The position numbers and the translations under genes were made by a program. Shown here piece by piece: positions 1 to 13,200 of a stretch of 64,000 bases of DNA (its first letter is position 1; each line of letters starts with the position of its first letter). The stretch comes from Paragordius varius (lineage: Eukaryota > Animalia > Nematomorpha). The DNA lies in assembly GCA_964247055.1 (NCBI GenBank), contig OZ176050.1, positions 6,076,001 to 6,140,000 on the forward strand. Reading direction: 5' to 3'. Below the pieces are notes generated by a model. It saw only the letters and a program-made list of their open reading frames with translations, had not been told where the DNA came from and did no database searches.

Positions 1-638
1 ATTATTTTACGATAAAAACGGTTTATTTAATTATGTGCAATTTTTGGATTGGTACCGAAAACAGGTATATTTTTTTCATGATTAACTTTATGTATAGTCC
101 GGCTTTGTGCCAAACACTGATACTTTAAGGATATCAAAAGCTTTGGTTCGCTTTTTTACTGTTTCCAAAGAAAAGCTGTTTCAGGTTCATAAATATTTAT
201 TTTATACTCAGGTTTTGTTTCTCATAGTTGAAAAACATATATTTTATTTTTTAAGCGAATTTTGCTTATAAACTGTCCGAAATAAAGGGTGCACTAATTA
301 ATATTTATTTGGCTTTAATGTGATATATTTATTATAAAATCAAATTAAAAAAAATTTTAATTTTAATCATCTACCCTCTTGAAGATAGTAAAATTAGGAG
401 CGATTTTTTTGTTATGGCATTGATGTTTACATCAACTATAAATATTAACTGATTATATAGTTACAAAGTTTTAATTGTTTAATACTTATGATTTATTTTT
501 TGCAAATAGTTTTTGCAAAAATCTCATGAAGCTGTTATCATAATTACGAACGAAACCAATAAGGTTAACATGGAAGTTGTCCCGGTTACAAGTATGAAAT
601 TTACAAATTAAAAATATAATTTAATGTTTTTGATATAA

Positions 639-832
639 CACAGAGGGCAAAATTTGGGCATTTACTTTAATGATCTCATACTTAAATAAGTAAAACCCTT
701 AAAGCTATTCTGATTTTGGCGGTCAAACATAATATGATTATATATTTTTATAAGACTTAAAAAGTTAATTATTATATAGTTAACAGTTGTTTAAGCAATG
801 TTAGCAGGGTTAAATAAAATTTGCACACTGTG
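639..832. mobile_element. Short MITE-like element with CACAG-initiated imperfect terminal inverted repeats (Transib-like ends)
   Basis: Left end is CACAGAGGGCAAAATTT (639); right end read in reverse complement is CACAGTGTGCAAATTTT (832). No matching 5-bp target site duplication (TSD) seen. Confidence 0.4.
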
Positions 833-932
833 TGTCAAATTTAATTAAATAAGTGTTTTTTTGCATATTTTGGACTTATTTTGGTGGCTTAACATGCCAT
901 AACCATATAGATAAAAAAATTGATTTTCATAA

Positions 933-1847
933 ATGAATTTTTTATTAGAACAAAATTTTAATTCCACACGTATTGGAGCGAATCATTCAATAACAGCGAA
1001 TTCTCTGCTTGTAAACCGCAGTAGAAATTATTTATCAACATCCACACCTATTGCTACAAATAATAATAATAATTTAAATAATGACCAAACTTTCAGTTCA
1101 AATGTTCAATTAAATAATTTAATCCAAAGGAATCATATATCTAACAAGTTAACATCCTATTCTTTACCTATGCAATCTACATATTCGATTGCCGACTCCA
1201 CCACCCGAACAAATATTAATCATTTAAATATAACTAATAAACATTTTTTGACCCCATCGAGTAGTAATACATTACAAACACCACATTCCATTAATGAATT
1301 TGCTTATGAGTACAATCATAAGCCACAATTGATTAATTTACCAATTATACCAATGAACAATAATAGCAATACTACCATTAATACTAATCAAATAAATTTT
1401 AATGAGACACCCAACAACACTACTTTTATGAATAATAATAATGTTGGAATACCACCTCTTAGCTCTACCAGGATGGTTAATACTCCTCTCTTCAATAATA
1501 ACACGGCTAATAATACCATCCATTATTTGTCAAACAATCAACTACTAATTGATTCGACTCACGATAGAATCAATAATAACAACACCTTTTTGCCTTACAA
1601 CTTAGCAGCTCAAAATGTTTTCAATGTTGAACCTTCTGATGATGGTGGCCATTTGTTGCCTCCGTTACATAATTTACCAACGAGCAATAGCAATATAATA
1701 ATAAATAACAATAATGGATTATTATCTTCAAATGTTCACATAAATAATAACATTAATGTGATAGAGGAACAATTGCGAAAAATAAGGCCTGACCCACCAA
1801 AACCTAAGGGCTTTCGTGTTATTGATGGGAAAGTGTTTCCGATATAA
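933..1847 (+). CDS. Asn/Thr/Ser-rich low-complexity protein, 304 aa, family not recognised; may be the last exon of a longer gene
   Basis: A 915-bp uninterrupted ORF in very AT-rich DNA, ending in the structured motif EEQLRKIRPDPPKPKGFRVIDGKVFPI*. It is convergent with NDUFA10. Confidence 0.55.
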   Translation: MNFLLEQNFNSTRIGANHSITANSLLVNRSRNYLSTSTPIATNNNNNLNNDQTFSSNVQLNNLIQRNHISNKLTSYSLPMQSTYSIADSTTRTNINHLNITNKHFLTPSSSNTLQTPHSINEFAYEYNHKPQLINLPIIPMNNNSNTTINTNQINFNETPNNTTFMNNNNVGIPPLSSTRMVNTPLFNNNTANNTIHYLSNNQLLIDSTHDRINNNNTFLPYNLAAQNVFNVEPSDDGGHLLPPLHNLPTSNSNIIINNNNGLLSSNVHINNNINVIEEQLRKIRPDPPKPKGFRVIDGKVFPI

Positions 1848-2229
1848 ATTACTCCATTGATTTGAACATTATACACACACATATATATATATATAATAAT
1901 TTTACATGTGAACTTATAGTACATATAAATTATATATGAATGGATAAATATGAAATATCTTTTTTGTATATATTTAATGTTTTGGACATTTTGAAATCAT
2001 TCGAACAAAGATATTTAATAGCGTACTTTTTAAGGCGCGTTAAAAGATCATGCCTAAGACCTAAATGGTAAATAAATGACTCCTTTGCAAAAGAATTTCC
2101 ATAACACGTAAATTTAACGCATAAAATTTATAGCGATCCAATATTTCTATTTTAAAGTATAATCAATATTAATTATTTATTTTATCGTTTCCACATCATA
2201 AAAACAATCAATTAACACCAGTATGTTAG

Positions 2230-5200
2230 TTACCAATGTTCAAGCTGGGGTCTAAAATCTCTATTTTTGTTGAAGAAATCAGCGCGTCTCTCTACTTTCT
2301 TTATAAATTCTGAATTTGCCATATATTCAGAGAGTTTGTCTCTCAATGCATATCTTTCTGCCATCGTGTCATTTACGAATCGTAATGAGGCATGCGAAAA
2401 TAGATTTTTGCCTTTTTTGAAGGTTTTATTGGAGTATGCTCCGCATAAATCAACCTCCTGAAAATTATTAAAAAAGATCTAAAGTAATGACTTTTTTTGA
2501 GAAAAAAGATAAGACTAAGCAACGCAAAAGTATTATCCTTTTGCATTAAGGATATGCTAAAAATTATATTTGGCAAAAGGTGCGAAAAAAATGTTGATTT
2601 GTATAAAAAAGAATATATTGGGCTTATGATTTTTATTAATTTGTTGGAAAAACATATTAATCTATAAATAATAATTTTAACAAAAAGAAATAAAAATGGA
2701 TCAATTTACTAAAAGCATCCGTACAAAAAGTTTGACCATATATACATATTAATAAAAACTCATGTATTTTGATGTTAAATCAATGCTAATATACCATATT
2801 CATTAAACGGTGATGCACGATCAAATGATTTGGATTTCGATTGAAATCATCGCATATAAATACAAATTGCTGGAACATTGAATCAAAATATTGACGATCA
2901 GCCAACCTTATATAAAATATGACATCAGTTAAATATTATGAGTAGAAACTCATAAACTGTCACATAATACTTTTAAATTTTTTATCAGATTTATGCGCCT
3001 TCATAAAATTTAAAATTTTTATCAAACAAATGAATTATCCAAATCTCTTTTAACAAAATAATTCTAATGAAACTTGATCTAATTATTTGGCTAAAAATAA
3101 TAAACTTAGCGGTAATTCAGATAAATATTTTTCACAATTTTAAATTACTTATTTTTCGAATGCACCTAAGAGGATCCATGGATTACATATTTTGTAATTG
3201 GTTTAATATCAAATGTATTTTAAAAATCTTTAAATAAAATGGCAGATTAGAGAAAAACTACAAAAGGTAATGTGTAATGATAACAATTACGCATTATAAA
3301 AAACGAATAAAAAACAAAATTATTGTGATATAAAAAAAGCAGGATATATTACTTGATTCTTTTGTCGTTGTAAGCATTATGAGAATGAAAATACCAATCT
3401 TTCATACGTTCTACGTTTGACATACTGAAATCTAAATTCATTTTTTTTAAATCATCACACACCTAAAAATATATATAATAACTATTAGCATTAATAGTCG
3501 AGTGTGTTGAAAATTGTTATATGAAAAAATATAGTTTCATTAAAATGCCAAAGATGATTATATTAAGTCAACCATTTTATTTAATTAAGTTTAAAGTATA
3601 TTTATCAATTTTTTTTAATTTAGCTATGATGAAACCATTATTTTTATCTGATTAACACTACAGGATACATTTGATTTCTTAAAAACTTTAAGCATGGGCA
3701 GTGTAAATATAGTTTAGATATTTCCAACAATTAAAAATAATATATAATTTAACAAATTTATTAACAATTTCAATTAGTAAAATTAGATAAATAGCCGTTA
3801 ATTAATTAATATCTGAATAAACCTCCTAAATTAAACAAATTTTTTCCAAAGAAAAGTAGAGAAATGTAAATTAAAATGATTTAAAGATTAGATATGTAAA
3901 AATTTTATTATGAAAAATATATAAATCAAATAAAAATTCCAATATCCCACAAAAAATATATTTTTACCCAGCTAACATCTCCGAATTCGGACCAATCATA
4001 CGCTATAACTTCGCTAAAATCTTCCATATCGCGAAAGAAAAAAGTTTTAAATGCTTCATCTATGGCCTCTAAAAACAGGGTGTCTTGAAATACACTGCTT
4101 TGACTTCTTTCATCCTAATAAACAAAGATAATTTATAGTAAATGTTATAATGAATGGTTGTTTATCAAAATATTTATATTGAATCGGGTTTTTTAACTAA
4201 TTGCAACTATAAGAATCAAAACTCTCCTCAAAGATCTAATTCAATTTTTGAAATCGCAAATAATTATTTCGATGATATAAAATGTTTCTATTGGCTAAAA
4301 GAAATTACCGCGAATGGATATTTTCCAAAATTATGTGATACAAGGCTCAATATTTTTTCGAGTCCGCCACCGGCTGAAATTTATTCCACAGATAGGCAAA
4401 ATTTTTAACTGCCTCAATGAAAAACTTGTTAATTATAATAGAAATAAAACTCATTTTTTTTTCACTTTTAACATATAAATTTTAATTTATTTAACGGAAT
4501 TGTAAAATTGATTATTTTTACAACAAAAATTTACACTGTGAACATTGAACCAAATTACTTTTAACTCCATTACAACGTTTCCGTCATTAATAATTATTTT
4601 TTTTTGTTATTATTTGATCAAAAATAACCGTAAATCTATAAGATTCTAACCTTTTCTCGAACGTACGCAAAAATTCTTTATCTGATGAAAGAAACTCGGA
4701 CTCCAAGTTATAATCAATAAGTTTGGAATTAAGACATAAAAAATTTGCAAACCTAAAATTTTAGCAGATGGTGAATTCAAAGAAACTATCAAGCATCGCA
4801 TACCACAGTTTTGCGAAAAATACCATTCATGGAAATCTATATTTCCAACATATACATTAACGTCGCAACTGTGGCACAATTATATACCAAGGCTGTTCAA
4901 CCCGTGTTAAAATATGGTTAGAAACATGGTCATTAATATACAGGTGTTGCGATATCATTTATTTTATGTTTAAAATTTTACAATAACACCAATTTTTTAA
5001 GACATCAATATAATTTTAAGGTCAACTATAAGAACGGCAAGTTGTGACTGATAAGACCATACAGTTTAGTGATTGCGATATTGCCATGATGTATAAAGAG
5101 TGGCTTTTAAATAATTTTAAACTTTGTGGATACACTATTTTACCAGCTATGCGCTGTTTGATATCGTTTAGAAATTATTCCTTCCCATATAATTCTGTAT

Positions 5201-7192
5201 TTTTGTTTAAAACATCAAACAGACTGACAAGGTCTCAAACTTTCTGCAAAAAAGTATTAAACCTAACATATCCCTATGGAATATAATAAAAAATACTTAG
5301 GACACGTCTCAAGAAATAAACCTTTAAATGTATCTATACTTTAAAAGAGTTTAGTGACGCCTATAAATATTCAAAAGTAACAATAGGGGTTGCGTCTGAC
5401 CGGTCATGTATGCCTTCTTGACCGGGAATGCGACTGCTTATAAAAATAACCAGATAAAAACTTTTATGTTCTTATTAATAAAATCAATATATAAAATAGT
5501 GGTATAAAAACCTAAATTTAATTTTAATTGGGACATTTTAAAATTTTATCAATATTATTTGTCGCTTATATAAATTTGACACTATAAGATTGAACTTAAA
5601 CGGTTATTTTAATATTGTTTAGTTAAATTGGAACAAATATTTTACACTTGTGGTAAAAATTGATTAAAAAATGGGTATTTATGAACTATAGATGATTCTT
5701 TTTTAACTGATTAAACACCCCTACTTTCAATGTTTGTAATTTCAAAGGGCCGTAACTTTCTTAAAATTTTTAATAATAGAAAACGACAATGGATAATTTA
5801 TAAAAGCGTCCTCAAAAAACCATAATTAGTATTGGTTAATGCAAATTTGGAGGGTAAAAATGTTAATTATATTAATTATACCATACTTGATAATATATAT
5901 TTTCTCGAAAGAATGCAGTAAACATACTAAAATTTTTTAAATAAATTATACACATGGATAATAAAATTGCACAGATTCAATTAAATTCAAAAAATTCTAT
6001 TTTACAAAATAAAGCATTTTTTAATTGAGTCATCCGATCAAAACCAGTTTTCTGGAAGATCTACCAATTAAATATCGTAGACATATAATAATGACTAAGT
6101 TTGATTAATTTTAAAGAAGTATTTTACAAGGGATGTTGTTTTAAATCAAGTTACTTACTTTAGTATTTTGAATTCGTTCTAAACATTTTTGGGGAGGAAC
6201 ATCCAAATAAATAGCGAGGTGAGGATAATTAACCTCCAATCCTGGTTTAGAAAGCACGCTTCTTAACCGAAAAAAATGATTTCGCGCTATATAAAATAAT
6301 TGGAAAAGTTATTTAAGAAATAATACATAAATTGGTAACCCCGAACAAAATTATAAAAATAAAACTGAAAATAAATTTAAAACGTTTACGGAATCAAAAA
6401 CCTTAATTAGTAATAATAAAATACTCATGTTTCAATTATCAATTTGTATAAAGCAAAAAATATAAATGCTTTTTAGAAATATTAAACGTTTTTCATAAAA
6501 TTTAAATGTTAGAAATGTGTTACCTCCTTCCGACAAATAACCACGTTTAAACATTGCTTGTAACTCAATCATATCGCAAAAAACTGAATTATCTATAACA
6601 CAACCCTGCCCTAAATAATAAGAAAATAAATCTAACCAGTATGAAATAAGTGATTTAAAGCGTCAATATATTGTTGCGTTTTTACGTGCATTAGTTTAAG
6701 TCGCATTTTAGCGTTCGAAGCTTGATCAGTAGGTTCGCGATAAAAATGTGACTCATCTAAATTCATAATATCACGGTAATCTGGTGCAGTTTCTCCGGGT
6801 AAGAAAGGTCCATCAATTGGTAAGAATGCATTAAGCCATCGAATATCAAAACCATAATCATTTATATAATACATATCAAGGTTTGCGGCAGAGAAATATT
6901 TCATACCTAATTCTTTGGCAAGATTTTCGGCAAATGTGGAACGACCAGATGCGCAATTTCCTTCCACAATAAAAATTTTACTGTTTTCATCCCATCGTTC
7001 TAATGGACGATCAACCATACCCCATAACCGATTAAACTTTTTAGTCTTGTATGGAAACGGTCTTGACCTGTTTAATAATTTATCTTGCTCTGCTTGTGAT
7101 AAATCTGGAGATATCCCCCTTTCCCTCAGCGTATATAAAAAACGACGCTGAATATTGCTCCTAAGAAAACCACTAAACACATTGAACCGCAT
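2230..7192 (-). CDS. NDUFA10: NADH dehydrogenase (ubiquinone) 1 alpha subcomplex subunit 10 (42 kDa subunit, dNK fold), about 455 aa, 7 exons: 7192-6637, 6610-6524, 6286-6159, 4114-3968, 3462-3353, 2906-2795, 2457-2230
   Basis: Motifs SKIFIVEGNCASGRS (P-loop), QQYIDALNHLFHTG|QGCVI, PHLAIYLDVP, EVIAYDWSEFGD and ERMKDWYF match NDUFA10/ND-42. All junctions are GT-AG and phase-consistent. Confidence 0.95.
4154..4408 (+). mobile_element. Possible decayed hAT transposase C-terminal dimerisation fragment in NDUFA10 intron 3
   Basis: FYWLKE..YFPKL..RLNIFSSPP..STDRQNF loosely follows the hAT dimerisation pattern WW..yP.L..lA..l.iP.s..sER.FS. A hAT-like end motif (TAGGGGTTGCGTCTGACCGGTCA) lies near 5385 in the same intron. 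Confidence 0.3.
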
Positions 7193-7275
7193 ATGGTATA
7201 ATGCGCGTTTACATATACGTTATGAGACCAGTATGGTATTTTGGAAAATTGTTTGGCCTTAACTAATTCCAACAA
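7193..7275. promoter_or_regulatory. Bidirectional promoter / shared 5' region of NDUFA10 and DENND4
   Basis: The divergent ATGs at 7192 (-) and 7276 (+) are separated by only 83 bp. Confidence 0.7.
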
Positions 7276-10200
7276 ATGAATAATACGTTATATGAAGAGC
7301 GATGTAGTCTAGCAGATTACTTTATGGTCGTTGGATTAGATGACAAAGCCCCAACTTTACTTGAAGATTGCATTTCAGAAGAATTGGATTCGGCAACACA
7401 CCTTAAAAACTCTTTAGATCCTATAGTTGATATAGCCGTTATATTTAGAAGTCTTGGGGAAGAAGTTTTTATTTAAATTTATATTAAGCCTCCGCATGAT
7501 TATCAAATTATTGAATCAACTCCATTTGGATACCCTGCAGATCTAAATCATGGAAGTTTACGCAGCCCTTCTGTATTTTTATGTTTTAGACGTGGCCGTG
7601 ATAAACCTCCTATTGTAGACATTGGGTGCATATTATTTTCATAACGTTTGTCTTAACTTTAAGTATTATTTTGACTATAAAATTATTGTATAAGAAATAG
7701 CCAAATTTTATTTTCAATTTAGTATCATATTAATAAAATATTAATGGATTCCTAATATTTTTTTATTATTGTGTGATCTTCGACAAAAAATGAATATATA
7801 AAAAAATATCATTTGTTCTTTAGTCATTAAAAATGCGATTCTATCATAATTTCTTAACTATAAATTTATAGCATTACAACCTAATTTTAATTTAATCCAT
7901 GCATGCCAAATAACTTAATTAAGCATTTTACTTGCGGATTGCCAATATTTTAATAGCAAATATTAAATATCATAACCCATATAGAGTCATGTATGAGGGC
8001 AAAGAACGCATAATGTCTGGATGTGAAATTATATCTCAATCACCGTATGGCAGACCGGCTAATGTTAATAATAGCGGGGCTCGTACATTCATTACTTATC
8101 GAAGGGCCTTACCAACCGCATCTCCCAATGAACTCGTTGTTTCCCACATTTGCATCGTTTTTACCAATAAGGTAGTCTTTTTATTCTGTAAATTTATGAA
8201 TTTTAAATTTTGTATTATAGATTTGAGTTATAGATTTTGTAATGGATATATTGATTAATTAAGTAATCAAGAAATTTTATTCGTAAGAAAATTTAGCCAA
8301 TATTTAATAAAAATTATGACATATCTATTAAATATCTATGCATGTATGTGTCACCTTTTTATGGCAGGTGTAAATTATTTTCAATATTTTATATCTACCA
8401 AAAAGAAAAGCAGTTTGACATAATATTTTTTAAATTTAAAAAAAGTATTATTCCTACTATCATTATCAACCCATATAATAATTTTAAAATTCCATACCAA
8501 TCATTAAATGCCATAAATTTCGTATTCATTAATATTAATTGTAGATTTGGCATTTTAAAAGATTTTTTTAAAAATAATAGGGAGAAAAACCACCACAAGC
8601 ATTTATGCTGATAAATAAAAACTTGAATAAGGGAATGGTGGGATCTGACGTTTATATATGTTACAAAAAATCTGTATTGAAAGATAATGTCGTCCCTTTC
8701 AAACCTGGTAAACTTAATTTTATTTTTTGATTACCTTTTAAGGTATTTATTAATTTGCAAGCGAATGATGCAAATAAATAAATTCTCGCATTTTAGTTTT
8801 GTTAAATCGCTATCCACAAATTGATAATATGGAATATCCTTTACCGGAAAACGCTCCCCTATTTTTATTGCCTATGGGAGCCACGCTTGAAAAATGGCCT
8901 AAATCTGCAAACATACCTGATCCACTATTTTCAACTTTTGTACTTACAAACCTTACCGGACAAAAGGTAATCCCTTTTTTCGTAATTTTACAGAAATCTA
9001 GTGTTATAATATATTTATTTTAATGTTTAAAAAGGGAAAAATAGATAAAGAGCTAGCTTTTGAGATAAAAATATCTGTATGGCTTTATTCTATTATTAAA
9101 TACGCAATTTATAGCACCGATTTGAAATAAAAGTAAACTTATTCGGTATTAATAACATATTTTTTTGATTTCTCTCTTATAAATGCAAATAACTATATGA
9201 TACTGATTTAGATTTTTAAACATGTTTTTCAACGATATAAAATTTTTAATAAGAATGAAATATTTGACATTATCAATTTTTCATTAGGCTTATGGCGCCG
9301 CAATTTCATTTTACGAATCATATACCGTTGAAAATATTGCTGTGGAGTATTTACATATGTTAGGCATAAACTTTGATAAAAACTATGTTAATATGACGGA
9401 ATCTAATAATAGTCCATCGCAAAATAGCGAACCTCAATTAAAATCAAATCATGCTCAAGCAAATGGCAACCTAGCCGCCTTAAAAAGTAATAAACTTGGT
9501 TTATCTTCTTTTGTGATATGTAAAATTTTATTTTAATGACTCCTCAACATAGAAATAAATAATTGGTTCAAAAATTGGTTATATTTAAACAATTATGTAC
9601 GTTTAATTACGTTAGATAATTCCAATCATGTGGATAAAAATTATCACAATGGAGACTATATAGTTTACACTAACAAAGCCATAGGATTTATAGCAAGATG
9701 GCCACTTTTTTCAGTTTTTAAACGATTTTTACAATTCCTTTACCACATAACGTTGGTCGGAAGTTCGAAAATTCCAATCGAAAGGTAAATGGTTTTAAAG
9801 CTATCAAAATTTATTTATGATTTTTGGATTTTTTTATCAACTTTCATAATCAGATTAGTTAATAATAATTAATTAAATTTATTTATTACACACAGATTTA
9901 TTATTATTAATAATTTTAAATGAAGTAACAAGTTCGATTCCAATCAAAAGGTTTTCAATTAAGGTATCAACAGAATTTTCAGATTTTATAATAATTGGTT
10001 TTTTTAATATATTTTAGAATAATTCCATTCAAAAATATTATAACGATATAATGTATAATAAATTTTAATTGAAAATTTTAGATACATTTATTTTTTCATG
10101 CACAAAATACCGTTTCCATCGCCTTCAAGGCCACAAATTCTTGTACAGGTATGAGCCTTTATATTAGCCTATATATTTTTATTGATTATATATGAGATCA

Positions 10201-13200
10201 ATGTACATATATCATAGCTATTTTATTGGTCATATAAATTAATTTTTATTTATTATATAAGTGAATGTTAGTTTTAATTTAATCTAGTCTACAATGAACG
10301 ATTTTGAATTACCACTTTTAATAACAATGTGTATCATTTTATTGTTTAAGATAAGGATAAATGGCATTTTGTATATTCTTTCAAAATTTTCTTTTTAAAA
10401 TTTGAAATTGGGGTTACATTTGTAAAATATTATACTCAACACTAATGAATGATATCACGTTAATTTAGCTACCATTTAATACGACATTATCGTTAATTCA
10501 AACATTTAATTTGCCGATGGGTATTACCGGAGCATCTTTTGTAGCCCTAATCCAAAACTTGAGTGTTGAAAATATCCTTAATTTGGTTTGCGGTTTGTTG
10601 TGTGAAAGTAAAATCCTCATGCACAGTTTGAGGCCCAGTGTTTTGACCGGTATTGGAGAAGCCTTGCGTCTAGTATTATATTAATTAAAATATATGGCTT
10701 TTTTAATTTTAAAAGTGACTTTTTGTTTTATATTCAAAGACGATAAATATTGTTTTGATATATCTATTTTATTGAATAATGTGTACGACAAAAATTGTTT
10801 TTTTTTGGGGAGGGGGGGGATATCTATCATTTTTATAAATATTGAATGCACTTACTTATTTTAATATTGATATTTGTACAATTCTTATTTTATAAAATAT
10901 TTATAGCTGATATTTCCACTTCAATGGCAATGCTCGTATATTCCTCTCTGTCCAATACTTTTATCCCAAGTACTAAATGCCCCGGTGCCTTATATTATAG
11001 GTTTTATTTTACATTTTATCTAACGTTCTAATGTAATAAATTATAATTAATTACATTATAAATACATAATATACCATTTACAATTAAAATTCACCCTTGA
11101 ACAGTTCAAATTTACCCTAGATATAAATTGCGGGCCAATATAACTCATCATTAATATGAAATATATCTTTGTGGCATTGTTTATTATTCAAATTATAAAC
11201 AATATTTTATTCTTTAAAAATATAAAAAAAATATAGATAATTTTTAATTTTAAAAAACAGTTAATTTATTTTAGGGTGAATTTTAATTGTGATGGCGAAT
11301 TTAAATTGTTCAAGGGTGAATTCGAAGCGTAAATGGTATATATGGAAAATAGAAAAATTCAAGCGATTTTATCGATATTTTTAATTTAACCTATTTGATT
11401 GCATTATTAGGAATTGATTCAAGGTATTTTGAGATGTTTCAACATCCCCCATATGATGCCATAACCGTAGATTTGGACACAAATACACTTAATATGTAAA
11501 TAATTTTTATTTTACTAATATAAAGTTTTTTATATTTCAAATCTCATTCATATCTTTTGATTTTAGACCTGAACACAAACGGGCTATTATTAATTACAAG
11601 AATTTACCCAAGGTATATTTTTTGAGAGAAACCTTTTTTAATTATATGAATCTAAAAGGGCAGGGTAATAAATGTAACGGAAGCATTGTTCAATTCTATA
11701 AGTTGCCGTTTTAATTAAAATTTGCATTAGTTAATTTATTAAATTAGTTTGCTTTTATTAAAAAAAAACTATGTAATATGTAGTTTTACATTCTAATTCT
11801 GTCCTTTTTAAGAAAATGGTGAAAGTCATTAAGCATTCACAACTCAAGATAAATGAATTTATTGAGTCACATCCTGAAATTTTGTCTTCACGGTACAATA
11901 AAGCACAATTATTGGATGATGATTTTAAACATGTTAAGATGCAGGTAACTTATTTATATTTACTTTAAATTTAAAGTTCATAACATAAAAAGTTAAATTC
12001 TATATTATTCGATATCTCACTTTTGTTAATGATATAAATACAATTGTTAAATATTAGATTGAGTTAGTTTCGTATTCTAAAACGATAAGGTAAATAAAAA
12101 AATACATGTTTAAAAATATGGTTTGCTATATATTATAATATAAGTCTTCTATTTTTTGCAATTTAAAACTTTTTATGTGTTCATTATAGTATATGTTGGA
12201 AAAAACTATACAAGACACATTTATTCGTTTTATGGCGTGTTGGTTAATCAACTATCAGCATTTTCTAATACCCATTACTAAATCCACATATCATGGTGGA
12301 CAGGATTATGATGTAAAACAACTGTTTGACTTCCAAGGTTCTATTATATCAATTAAGAAGCTTTTTTATACCCTAATACTTTATAATGTAATAAATTATT
12401 TTATTTTAATCTCCCATTTACAGGTTTTTTATATTCTCGAGAACGATCCGCATTGCCTATATACGCTTGTATGTTAGAAACACAATTGTTTTCACAATTT
12501 ATCCAGGATAGGTCCTTTGTCACAATTAAGGATTCCTATTTAACATTGTTTGATGAATTTAGTTCCCGAGTAAGTTTTATTTCAAACGAGTTGTATTATT
12601 AATATATTATTAACAAATTTTTTTGCGTACTTAAGGTTGACCCTAATGACGATAGGGATGATCAAGCCTTTTTGAAGGATTTGACAGAGGAAAATGTTAA
12701 AAGGTATCTTATTTTATATACAAGTTTTTTGGACTAATGATAGCTTTTTGTTCGCAATATAACGTATTTTTCAAAGAATTATATTATTATTTATATTTAA
12801 TAATATATTGTGTTTTATAGCAACTATACCGTATACATCCCACCCCCGGATAATAATGGTCTTCCACCCGGTGAAATATACAAGTGAATACAGAAAATTA
12901 TATATATTGAAAAATATTTTTAAGATATGGATGTCCCATGAAAGTCATATCACGATTAAAAACTTAATATTGATATTCTTGTAAAAACCATATTTTTTAT
13001 AATGATTTAAAAATGTATATAATATGATTTACATTATTATTTTAACATGTTTTAAGTGTTTTTTATGTCGATATAAGATATCCTCATGGATTTTCCGATC
13101 TAAACTTGACTCTTTTTGAAATGTTATCTGATGGTGAAGATCAAAATGATATAGATACCATTTCACCATCTCCAAATTGTTTTAATACCTCCCCAAATAA

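Noticed and set aside
4646-5286. Nested gene in NDUFA10 intron 3 (ORFs 4646-4879 -, 5044-5286 +)
   Set aside because: No recognisable motif and no consistent exon chain. NDUFA10 is complete without them; probably TE debris.
7465-7488. TAA read-through or a reassigned genetic code instead of a 24-nt intron
   Set aside because: Read-through would insert 8 residues where orthologs have none. TAA and TAG end other genes here normally, and the NDUFA10 and kinase cases need frameshifting excisions.
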